Assembly: GCA_965116795.1 (NCBI GenBank)
Contig: OZ220716.1
Location: forward strand, 938,503-1,002,502
Source of the DNA: Gammaproteobacteria bacterium
Lineage (GTDB): Bacteria; Pseudomonadota; Gammaproteobacteria; JAJFKG01
Direction: 5' to 3'
DNA: 64,000 nt
Every line of letters starts with the position of its first letter. The first letter of the stretch is position 1. Below are positions 20,195-28,958 of this stretch, in pieces. The position numbers and the translations under genes are program-made. The notes under the pieces are model-generated. The model had not been told where the DNA came from, made no database searches, and worked only from the letters and a program-made list of their open reading frames with translations.

Positions 20195-21322
20195 TCACCC
20201 TTTTGGATTGGTGACGGTATCCATAATACTAATAATATTGCTAGCTTTTAAAATAAGTGCGTAACTAGCATTGTAGAAGGTACGAAATATCATCATTTCA
20301 CCCGATTTATAGCCAGGGATCTCGATTGGTTTTTCAGGATTACCATCATCACCAATATTGGTTACCATGCGAGGATTGGTGTAAATGTCGAGGACATCGC
20401 CGACAGCGAGTCCATCTTGTGTGCCTTGATCAAGGACAACGACTTGATATTGCCCTACCTGAGCTAAACCACCTTCCAAACTAATAATGTTTCCATGGAT
20501 AGGTCGTTTAGGCATTTTAGGTGTGAAATAAATTTGTAAATCGGATGTGTCACGAGGTAATAACTTATCACCTTTGATTACTTCGCCATGTGTATTCGAT
20601 AATATTAAGGTGGCCGGTTCGCCTGGTTTCAGCAATTCAGCATCACCAACATATATGGCATTGATCCCAATCACTTGCTTGGTTTTTGGATTAGTAAATG
20701 TTTCACCTCGGCGAAACAGTGAATATTGAGAGGAGCCGCCTTTACCACTATGCAGGCCAGAAACATACACGACATCACCGCTACCGGCAATGATCCGTTC
20801 ACCCTCATGAGCGACGATGGTGGGTGCATGTGTTAGTGTATGTGGCGCTACAATCCGATTGCCACTGATAAACGGTTTAATGTCGACTAGTGGGATTGTA
20901 GGGATAGCATTATCTAATGGCATACTGCGTATTTTGGGGGATAACTTAGCTGTGCCGGTTTGCGTAATCGTTAATACCGGTTGCTGTTGTTTAACAGATA
21001 CTTGGATAACATCGCCAGGATAAATACGATGACGATGTTTAAGTTTTGGATTCGTTGCTAATAGCGCTTCCCATTGCCATGGATATTGTAAAATTTTGCT
21101 AGAGATATCCCATAATGTATCGTTTTCTTTTACGGTATAGCGTTTTGGGTAATTTGGATTCAAGATCGGCGCTTCGGGTATGTTCAGTGTTGAAACGTGT
21201 GATGTAGATGTTGGTTTCTTGGTTGGTAGCGGTGAATGTGTCTGTGCAGTTAGTGTCGTTGTCCACACGAATAGAGATAGACTGATAATCAACAATGGGC
21301 TGAACTTTCTGGTGCTGGTCAT
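20195..21322 (-). CDS. LysM peptidoglycan-binding domain protein
   Basis: Signal peptide, YTVKENDTLWDIS...PWQW...NP...IYPGD; conserved position upstream of dprA. Confidence 0.88.
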   Translation of the reverse strand: MTSTRKFSPLLIISLSLFVWTTTLTAQTHSPLPTKKPTSTSHVSTLNIPEAPILNPNYPKRYTVKENDTLWDISSKILQYPWQWEALLATNPKLKHRHRIYPGDVIQVSVKQQQPVLTITQTGTAKLSPKIRSMPLDNAIPTIPLVDIKPFISGNRIVAPHTLTHAPTIVAHEGERIIAGSGDVVYVSGLHSGKGGSSQYSLFRRGETFTNPKTKQVIGINAIYVGDAELLKPGEPATLILSNTHGEVIKGDKLLPRDTSDLQIYFTPKMPKRPIHGNIISLEGGLAQVGQYQVVVLDQGTQDGLAVGDVLDIYTNPRMVTNIGDDGNPEKPIEIPGYKSGEMMIFRTFYNASYALILKASNIISIMDTVTNPKG

Positions 21323-21400
21323 ACTCGTTATCCTTATGAGTGTAGCTGAGCTGTTGCTCAGTGATCATATCCATTCCATTAAACAACAATAGTAATTTTA

Positions 21401-21589
21401 ACGTGATTCTCAACTTTTTACAGTGTAGCCTATCTAGTTGATTTTCATGGATCCTGGATATTTGCTTCGCAAATTCCAGAGCCTGTCCTGGGCTTGATCC
21501 AGGAATAACGCCTTAACTGTCATAGGTTTTTATAAAATTGTTATTGTTAGCCAAATAAATTTGCTCTCTAAAAAAGTTGAGAATGGCGT
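21401..21589. mobile_element. second MITE with IS982-like ends (189 bp)
   Basis: Ends ACGTGATTCTCAACTTTTT and AAAAAGTTGAGAATGGCGT (17/19 IR); 8-bp direct repeat TAATTTTA at 21393-21400 and 21590-21597; internal palindromes 21451-21505. Confidence 0.85.
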
Positions 21590-21803
21590 TAATTTTATAC
21601 TAAATATATAGCAATGTATCGTGAAAATCAGGTAAAAGACATGCCGAATTGTTTTGTTTTTAACAAAATGTAACAAATATTGCCTAATTCCTGGGTGGAT
21701 CAAACTGGATAAGATGGGTTTTAGGGTTTAAGTGCAGATGTAATTATCTAGCAAAACGCATACAATATTTACATTCCATGTATTTATTAGGAGATCACCC
21801 ACA

Positions 21804-22754
21804 GTGAAGGTGATATTTGCGGGTACGCCTGAATTTGCCTGCCCAAGTTTGCGAGCATTGATCGACAGTACGCATACGGTTGTTGCGGTACTCACTCAAC
21901 CGGATAGACCGGCTGGTCGTGGTCGTCAATTACAAGCAAGTCCAGTGAAACAGTTAGCTGTAGCACATCGAATTCCTGTGCATCAACCGGTTACATTGAA
22001 TGATACCAACATGCAAACGCAGTTAACTAGCTATCAAGCTGATGTGATAGTGGTTGTAGCGTATGGGTTGTTATTGCCAACTGCAGTATTAAATATACCA
22101 ACATATGGTTGTATTAACATACATGCATCGTTATTACCGCGTTGGCGAGGAGCAGCCCCGATCCAACATGCCATTTTAGCCGGTGACAATGCTACTGGTA
22201 TTACCATTATGCAAATGGAACGTGGTTTGGATACGGGTGCAATGTTAGCAATATCTGCATGTGCAATCGATTTGGATACAACGGCTGCAATGTTACATGA
22301 TCAATTATCCCAATTGGGGGCACAAACAGTATTGCCAGTATTAGATCAACTTGCTAATGGCAATGTGACGGCAATATCGCAAGATTCGGCATTAGCATGT
22401 TATGCACCGAAATTAACTAAGGCACAAGCAGTTATCGATTGGAATCAATCTGCAATAGCCATTGATCGTTGTATTCGTGCCTTTAATCCGTGGCCAGTTG
22501 CGCATAGTCAATTGTCAAGTAATGTCGTGCGTATATGGTCAGCGCACGTTATTCAACAAAAGACTGATGCCACACCGGGTACGATCATTAATGCTGATCC
22601 ACAGGGTATTGCGGTAGCAACGAGTGAAGGTGTTTTGTATATTGACACATTGCAATTGCCAGGAAAACGTCAATTGCCAACTGCTGATGTATTAAATGCA
22701 CACGCACAATTATTTGCAGTTGGACAACAATTTGAATTGCTGAAGAATTCTTGA
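21804..22754 (+). CDS. fmt: methionyl-tRNA formyltransferase
   Basis: FAGTPEFA, TQPDRPAGRG, NIHASLLPRWRGAAPI. Confidence 0.97.
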   Translation: MKVIFAGTPEFACPSLRALIDSTHTVVAVLTQPDRPAGRGRQLQASPVKQLAVAHRIPVHQPVTLNDTNMQTQLTSYQADVIVVVAYGLLLPTAVLNIPTYGCINIHASLLPRWRGAAPIQHAILAGDNATGITIMQMERGLDTGAMLAISACAIDLDTTAAMLHDQLSQLGAQTVLPVLDQLANGNVTAISQDSALACYAPKLTKAQAVIDWNQSAIAIDRCIRAFNPWPVAHSQLSSNVVRIWSAHVIQQKTDATPGTIINADPQGIAVATSEGVLYIDTLQLPGKRQLPTADVLNAHAQLFAVGQQFELLKNS

Positions 22755-24079
22755 TGATAATAAATACGCGACTGATTGCTGCACGTATATTAGTTCAAGT
22801 GCAACAAGGTAAATCATTAAATAATGCGATAACAACGGTGATAGCTGCCTATTCACAAATAAATCGTGCCGATCGCAGCTTGGTGCAAGAATTAAGTTAC
22901 GGTGTATTGCGTTGGCATTTACAGCTTGCGTATCTAGCAACACAATTATTAACAAAATCGTTAAAGTCGCGTGATCAAGACGTTTACTACTTAATATTAA
23001 TTGGATTGTATCAATTAGGCTATCTTAATCAGCCAGATTATGCAGTGATCAATGAAACGGTTAAGGCAGCGACATTACTCAAAAAACCATGGGCAACTGG
23101 GTTAATTAATGCAGTATTGCGACGCGTACAACGCCAAGGACAACAGTGGGTAACTCAAACGATTACTCAAGCTGATCGAACAGTAATGACAGCACATCCT
23201 AAATGGTTGCTGGATGCATTAACAGCTGCATGGCCAGCACATATCGACGATATCATTGCAGCTAATAATGCTAAACCACCATTGGTGTTGCGGATAAACC
23301 GTTTACAAATAACGCGCGATGCGTATTTACAACAATTGACTGAATGTAATATTGCAGTAGCCCCGCAAGTGCACTGTGAGGATGGTGTTGTGTTAACTCA
23401 AACATTACCTATAGAAACTTTACCGGGTTATGCTGATGGATTATTTGCTGTGCAAGATGGGGCAGCGCAGTTGGCAGCGACGTTATTAAAATTAGATAGC
23501 GCCACATCGATGCTGGATGCATGTGCGGCTCCAGGCGGCAAAACAGCACATATGTTGATGATGGCACCACCATCAACACGTTGTGTTGCTTGGGATAAGG
23601 CGCCTGCACGGTTAGCTATGGTTAAGGAGAACTTACAACGATTGCAATTAGTTGATGAGAATCGCATTCAATTGCAGGTGATGGATGCGATTAATCCTCA
23701 GCAACCCGATCAACTATTTGATCGAATTTTAGTAGATGCACCGTGTTCGGCAACGGGGATCATTCGTCGTCATCCGGATATTAAACTACATCGTCAACCA
23801 ACTGATATTGAAGCGCTTACTGCAATCCAATTACGATTATTACAGTCGTTGTGGTCATTATTATTGCCAGGAGGGTATTTATTGTATGCAACATGTTCTG
23901 TATTGCCGCAAGAAAATGTAAATGTTGTACAATCGTTTTTGCAAGATACACAAGATGCGGTGCATGTGCCGATTGATGTCACATGGGGAATCGCGCAATC
24001 CCTAGGACGACAGATTTTGCCAGGTATGCATGATATGGATGGATTTTATTATGCATTATTAACCAAACAAGAGGAATGA
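22751..24079 (+). CDS. rsmB: 16S rRNA m5C967 methyltransferase
   Basis: NusB-like N-terminus, DACAAPGGKT, DAPCSATG, YATCS, DGFYYA. Confidence 0.96.
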   Translation: MMIINTRLIAARILVQVQQGKSLNNAITTVIAAYSQINRADRSLVQELSYGVLRWHLQLAYLATQLLTKSLKSRDQDVYYLILIGLYQLGYLNQPDYAVINETVKAATLLKKPWATGLINAVLRRVQRQGQQWVTQTITQADRTVMTAHPKWLLDALTAAWPAHIDDIIAANNAKPPLVLRINRLQITRDAYLQQLTECNIAVAPQVHCEDGVVLTQTLPIETLPGYADGLFAVQDGAAQLAATLLKLDSATSMLDACAAPGGKTAHMLMMAPPSTRCVAWDKAPARLAMVKENLQRLQLVDENRIQLQVMDAINPQQPDQLFDRILVDAPCSATGIIRRHPDIKLHRQPTDIEALTAIQLRLLQSLWSLLLPGGYLLYATCSVLPQENVNVVQSFLQDTQDAVHVPIDVTWGIAQSLGRQILPGMHDMDGFYYALLTKQEE

Positions 24080-24404
24080 TAATCATGCTAAAAAATATTG
24101 CGTTAACGTTTATTGTTATATTGCTGTGTTTGTTGATTGGTAGTTATTGGTTTTTTGCATCGCCCGTAGCGTTTGCTGCTGGTGTTTGGGGGTGATTGTC
24201 GGTTCTGTAGTATTGTTTTGCATTGCTGCGTTACTATTTTTTGTATTAACTGGCATTGGTATTATTATTTTAGGCATGTCCTTTTTTATTTGGACGATAA
24301 TCTTATTGATTTTATTTCCATTCTTATTGCCACTCTTATTACCATTATTGATCGTGTTAATTTTTATTTCATTGGTGCGCAAACGACAGTTGCAGAAAAA
24401 GTAA
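24076..24404 (+). pseudogene. small integral membrane protein with a one-base frameshift in a G run
   Basis: ATG overlaps the rsmB stop; MIIMLKNIALTFIVILLCLL...AGVWG-stop; one extra G in G5 (24188-24192) fuses it to the hydrophobic frame ending at 24404. Confidence 0.6.
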
Positions 24405-24418
24405 TAACAATATGCCAG

Positions 24419-25111
24419 TTAATCAAGACAAGCTAATAGCCAATGTCGTAATTGTTTAATTTCATCGTGACATACTTCATGTGCGATAGGATATGTATTC
24501 CACACGACATCATATTTCAATTTTAATAAGTGTTGGTAGCTAGATTTGCCGAATAACAGCGGCACAATCGGATCAACGCTACCATGTGCCATAAAAATTG
24601 GTGTCAGCTGATTAGTATCTTGATGACCATCATCAATGTATTTTGCTAAGGGTAAATAACTGGATAATGCAATTAGTCCAGCTAATGGTTTTGGATAACA
24701 TAACCCACTATACAGTGCAGTTGCACCGCCTTGTGAAAAGCCACCGATAATAATGCGTTTTGCGGTGATCCCACTTTGTTGCTGCTGTTTAATCAGTGCG
24801 TGGCATTGAGTACAAGCTTGCTTAATTCCAGTTTCATCTTCTGGTGAGTCAATGGTTAATCCTAAAATATCAAACCAACCACGCATTGGCATGCCACCGT
24901 TTAGGGTAATTGGGCGTACGGGAGCATGTGGAAATATAAAACGAATCGTGTGGTTGTTGGGTAATGCTAATTCATTCGGTAGTGTACTGAAGTTATGGCC
25001 ATCAGCACCTAAGCCATGTAGCCAAATTACACACGCATCAGCAGTATTTGGTGGTTCTTGTGTGATATATTCTAGTGGTTGTTGCATAATTAAAGAACTC
25101 ATTAATATCAA
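24419..25111 (-). CDS. phospholipase/carboxylesterase (alpha/beta hydrolase)
   Basis: IWLHGLGADG, GFSQGG, HGSVDPIVP, HEV. Confidence 0.92.
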   Translation of the reverse strand: MILMSSLIMQQPLEYITQEPPNTADACVIWLHGLGADGHNFSTLPNELALPNNHTIRFIFPHAPVRPITLNGGMPMRGWFDILGLTIDSPEDETGIKQACTQCHALIKQQQQSGITAKRIIIGGFSQGGATALYSGLCYPKPLAGLIALSSYLPLAKYIDDGHQDTNQLTPIFMAHGSVDPIVPLLFGKSSYQHLLKLKYDVVWNTYPIAHEVCHDEIKQLRHWLLACLD

Positions 25112-25199
25112 AGTTAATAGTGATCGATTAAATATTATTTAATAATTAACCAATTAAATAAAACAACGTTATCAACTAGATTACGTTGCATAGTGTAAA

Positions 25200-25236
25200 A
25201 AAGTTCGTCCCTGGACTGAATCCAGGGACGAACTTT
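25200..25236 (-). terminator. perfect 16-bp hairpin, terminator-like on the minus strand
   Basis: AAAGTTCGTCCCTGGA-CTGAA-TCCAGGGACGAACTTT, with an A run on its left (T run on minus). Confidence 0.5.
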
Positions 25237-25309
25237 CTTAAATGTAAGTTGCTGCTATCATCAGCACTCAGTATACTGACACACAATTTCATAACAGTGA
25301 AGCATTGAC

Positions 25310-25489
25310 ATGATAAATTATCAACAACACAAACGTTGGAACTACTTGACACTAATATTGGTTTGTTTGCTAAGTATCAGTTGTTTATTGAACTTAACAG
25401 GGTGTGGCATGAATGGGAAATTGTATCTACCTGATAACGATCATCCGGCACCAACCAAACCCGATCCGAATGAACCGACTTGGTTTTGA
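25310..25489 (+). CDS. lptM: LptM/YifL/LppL-family lipoprotein (59 aa, below the ORF-track cutoff)
   Basis: Translated by hand: ...LLNLTG-CGMNGKLYLPD...; lipobox plus CGxxGxLYLP motif, directly upstream of lysA. Confidence 0.85.
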   Translation: MINYQQHKRWNYLTLILVCLLSISCLLNLTGCGMNGKLYLPDNDHPAPTKPDPNEPTWF

Positions 25490-25516
25490 GTAAATAACAT
25501 AGCACAGAGGTAAACA

Positions 25517-26770
25517 ATGGATCATTTTAATTATCATGATGGACAACTCTATGCCGAGAATGTTGCTGTCATTGATATTATCGCTGAATACGGTACACCT
25601 TGTTATATTTATTCACGTGCGACCATCGAACGTCATTGGCAAGTGATGAATGATGTGTGTGGACAATGGCCACATCAAATTTGTTATGCAGTCAAAGCCA
25701 ACGATAATTTGGCGGTGTTAGATGTGCTAACTCGGTTAGGATCGGGTTTTGATCTGGTCTCACAAGGTGAACTAGAACGCGTATTACACGTTGGTGGTGA
25801 TCCAAACAAGATAGTATTTTCCGGCGTAGGCAAACTAACCACAGAAATACAACGTGCCTTACAGGTTGGGATCCATTGCTTTAATATTGAATCGGCAGAT
25901 GAATTAACTCGGATTCAGCAGTGTGCACAATCATTAAATATAATGGCACCAATTGCGGTGCGGATTAACCCTAATGTTGATGCAAATACCCATCCTTATA
26001 TTGCAACCGGTCTGCGTGATAGTAAGTTTGGTGTCGCTCCTGATGTGGCTAGACAGTTATATCAACGCGCGCAACAACTCTCTCATATCGATATTGTTGG
26101 GATAACCTGTCATATTGGTTCGCAGTTAGCCTCATTAACCCCATTTACCGATGCAATGCGTGAGTTATTAACGTTTGTTGATGAATTGCAAGGCATGGGG
26201 ATCACCTTACAACATATCGATATGGGAGGTGGTTTGGGTGTGCCGTATCGTCAAGATGAACAATTGCCAACGCCCGCAGAATATACACAAGCATTGATCG
26301 ATCTATTAGCTGATCGTCAATTAACATTACTATTAGAACCAGGTCGGTTGATCATGGCCAATGCGGGCATTTTAGTCAGTCGTGTAGAATACATTAAAAC
26401 AACTGATAATAAACGATTTGCGATTATTGATGCTGGGATGAATGATTTATTACGCCCAGCATTGTATCAAGCATGGCATGATGTGATCCCGGTGCAGCAA
26501 TTAGAACGCGAGCAACACACTTATGATATTGTTGGACCGGTGTGTGAAACATCTGATTGTTTTGCGACTAAACGTGAATTAGCAATTGCCACAGATGATT
26601 ATATTGCGATCCGCAGTGTCGGTGCTTATGGTGCATGCATGAGTTCACAATACAATGCCAGAGTGCGTGCTGCAGAAGTGATGGTTGATGACAAACAAGC
26701 GCATTTGATCCGTCGGCGTGAGACTTGGGATGATCTAATGCGGCATGAAACGCCGCTGCCTGCACGATGA
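25517..26770 (+). CDS. lysA: diaminopimelate decarboxylase
   Basis: YAVKAN, SKFG, HIGSQ, DMGGG, EPGR, GPVCETSD. Confidence 0.97.
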   Translation: MDHFNYHDGQLYAENVAVIDIIAEYGTPCYIYSRATIERHWQVMNDVCGQWPHQICYAVKANDNLAVLDVLTRLGSGFDLVSQGELERVLHVGGDPNKIVFSGVGKLTTEIQRALQVGIHCFNIESADELTRIQQCAQSLNIMAPIAVRINPNVDANTHPYIATGLRDSKFGVAPDVARQLYQRAQQLSHIDIVGITCHIGSQLASLTPFTDAMRELLTFVDELQGMGITLQHIDMGGGLGVPYRQDEQLPTPAEYTQALIDLLADRQLTLLLEPGRLIMANAGILVSRVEYIKTTDNKRFAIIDAGMNDLLRPALYQAWHDVIPVQQLEREQHTYDIVGPVCETSDCFATKRELAIATDDYIAIRSVGAYGACMSSQYNARVRAAEVMVDDKQAHLIRRRETWDDLMRHETPLPAR

Positions 26771-28863
26771 CAACGACGATATCTCACGACTTAACCCACA
26801 TCAGTGTTAGTACCTTGCGTGGTGTTGGTAAACAAACGATAACCCGTTTACAACAAGCTGGATTGCATACATTATTAGATTTAATCTTACATTTACCAAT
26901 GCGTTACCAAGATCGCACCCGAGTTATTCCGATTGCTGAGTTGATTCCAGGACAATTTGCTGTGATCGAAGGCCGTGTATTGTCAGTGCGTCGCACCTTT
27001 GGCAAGAAGCCCAGTTGGCATTGCCAAATTGAAGATGAAACCGACAAGGTGACTGCCATTTTTTTTCATTTGCATTCAGGATTAACTCAGCAATTAACTA
27101 ACGGTGCCTTGATACGTTGCTATGCAGATGTTGCTCAAGATAAACATAAACAAGCGTGTATTTTATTACACCCTGCCTGTGATATTGCTACCGATCAATT
27201 GCCACCGTTAGCCACTGAGTTAACTCCAATCTATCCGCTTACTGAAGGATTAGGTCAAACACGCTTGCGTGGTTTTATTCAACAGGCAATCACGATATTA
27301 AAGTCGAGTCATGAACATGCACTGGAATTATTGCCAGATGAATTACGTCAACAATATCAATGGCCAGACTTTGTGACAGCGATTAACGCGTTACATCAAC
27401 CATCAGTTGATGATGATATTCAAGCGATTTTAAATAACCAACATCCAGCGCAGCAACGATTAATTGTCGAAGAGTTATTAGCTTATCAATTACGATTGCG
27501 CGCCTATCGATTACGAATTCGTCAAGCAGCCAGCTATGTGTTAAATGACGATCAAACGGTATTAAAGCGTTTCATTAAAACATTGCCCTTTGCGTTAACC
27601 GAACCACAACAACATGCTATTGATGCAATTGTTGCTGATATTACTAGCAAAACTCCGATGATGCGTTTGCTACAAGGTGATGTTGGTTCAGGTAAAACCA
27701 TTGTGGCCGCGTGTGGATTATTGCAAACGGCAATCAGTGGTTATCAAGCAGCATTAATGGCACCAACTGAGTTATTAGCTGAGCAATTGTATCAGCAATG
27801 TTATGCATGGTTTTCACCATTGAATATCAATGTGGTGTGTTTAACTGGAAAACTAACCACACAATCACGTAATCAAGTGTTAGCCTCTATTGCAGAAGGC
27901 AGTGCTCAAATTATTGTGGGAACACATGCCCTGTTTCAACAACAAGTCACCTTTGCCAAATTGGCGTTTATTTGCATTGATGAACAACATCGTTTTGGGG
28001 TGAAGCAACGATTAGCCTTATATGACAAAGGCAAAACGGGACACGTTAAACCACATCAATTAGTGATGAGTGCTACACCCATACCGCGTACATTAGCCAT
28101 GCTGCATTATGCTGATTTAGATTGTTCGATTTTAGATGCATTGCCACCGGCACGATTGCCAATTAAAACCCTTGTTTTAGCAAATACACGTCGTGATGAA
28201 GTCATTCAACGTGTTAACAAATTGTGTGCACAAGGCCAACAAGTGTATTGGGTGTGTCCATTGATTGATGAATCAGAGACATTGCAATGTGAGACCGTTG
28301 ATATGATTGCCAACACATTGCAAACACAATTACCAGCATTGCGTGTTGCGGTTGTTCATGGTCGTATTGATAATGATGAAAAATCTCAAATCATGTATGC
28401 CTTTCAGCAAGGTGATATCGATATTTTAGTGGCAACAACGGTGATTGAAGTGGGTGTCAATGTACCCAATGCCACATTAATGGTGATTGAAAATGCTGAA
28501 CGCATGGGGTTAGCCCAATTACATCAATTACGTGGGCGTGTTGGTCGCGGTAGTCAACAAAGTTTTTGTATATTGCTATATCAAACACCGTTAACTGAAC
28601 AGGCTAAACACCGTTTACAAACAGTGCGTGATAGTCAGGATGGATTTTATCTAGCAGAACAAGATTTGCAATTGCGTGGTAGTGGTGATGTATTGGGAAC
28701 CCGACAAACTGGCATGATGGCATGGCGTATTGCACTGTTGCCACGTGATCAACAGTGGTTACCAATGGTAATAACGCAAGCAGATTATTTGTTAGAACAA
28801 AATCATTGCGTTGCAAGACGCTTGCAACAACGATGGTTATCTAAAAAAGATTTACGAACTTAA
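26767..28863 (+). CDS. recG: ATP-dependent DNA helicase RecG
   Basis: QGDVGSGKT, DEQHRFG, SATPIPRT, QLRGRVGRG. Confidence 0.97.
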   Translation: MTTTISHDLTHISVSTLRGVGKQTITRLQQAGLHTLLDLILHLPMRYQDRTRVIPIAELIPGQFAVIEGRVLSVRRTFGKKPSWHCQIEDETDKVTAIFFHLHSGLTQQLTNGALIRCYADVAQDKHKQACILLHPACDIATDQLPPLATELTPIYPLTEGLGQTRLRGFIQQAITILKSSHEHALELLPDELRQQYQWPDFVTAINALHQPSVDDDIQAILNNQHPAQQRLIVEELLAYQLRLRAYRLRIRQAASYVLNDDQTVLKRFIKTLPFALTEPQQHAIDAIVADITSKTPMMRLLQGDVGSGKTIVAACGLLQTAISGYQAALMAPTELLAEQLYQQCYAWFSPLNINVVCLTGKLTTQSRNQVLASIAEGSAQIIVGTHALFQQQVTFAKLAFICIDEQHRFGVKQRLALYDKGKTGHVKPHQLVMSATPIPRTLAMLHYADLDCSILDALPPARLPIKTLVLANTRRDEVIQRVNKLCAQGQQVYWVCPLIDESETLQCETVDMIANTLQTQLPALRVAVVHGRIDNDEKSQIMYAFQQGDIDILVATTVIEVGVNVPNATLMVIENAERMGLAQLHQLRGRVGRGSQQSFCILLYQTPLTEQAKHRLQTVRDSQDGFYLAEQDLQLRGSGDVLGTRQTGMMAWRIALLPRDQQWLPMVITQADYLLEQNHCVARRLQQRWLSKKDLRT

Positions 28864-28958
28864 ATGAGGTAAATTTCTTGTTTGCAAATAAAAATTGAAA
28901 ATGTTTTAATTGCCATGCTTTTATAAAGCTGATAAATAAAAATGAATAATTATTAATA

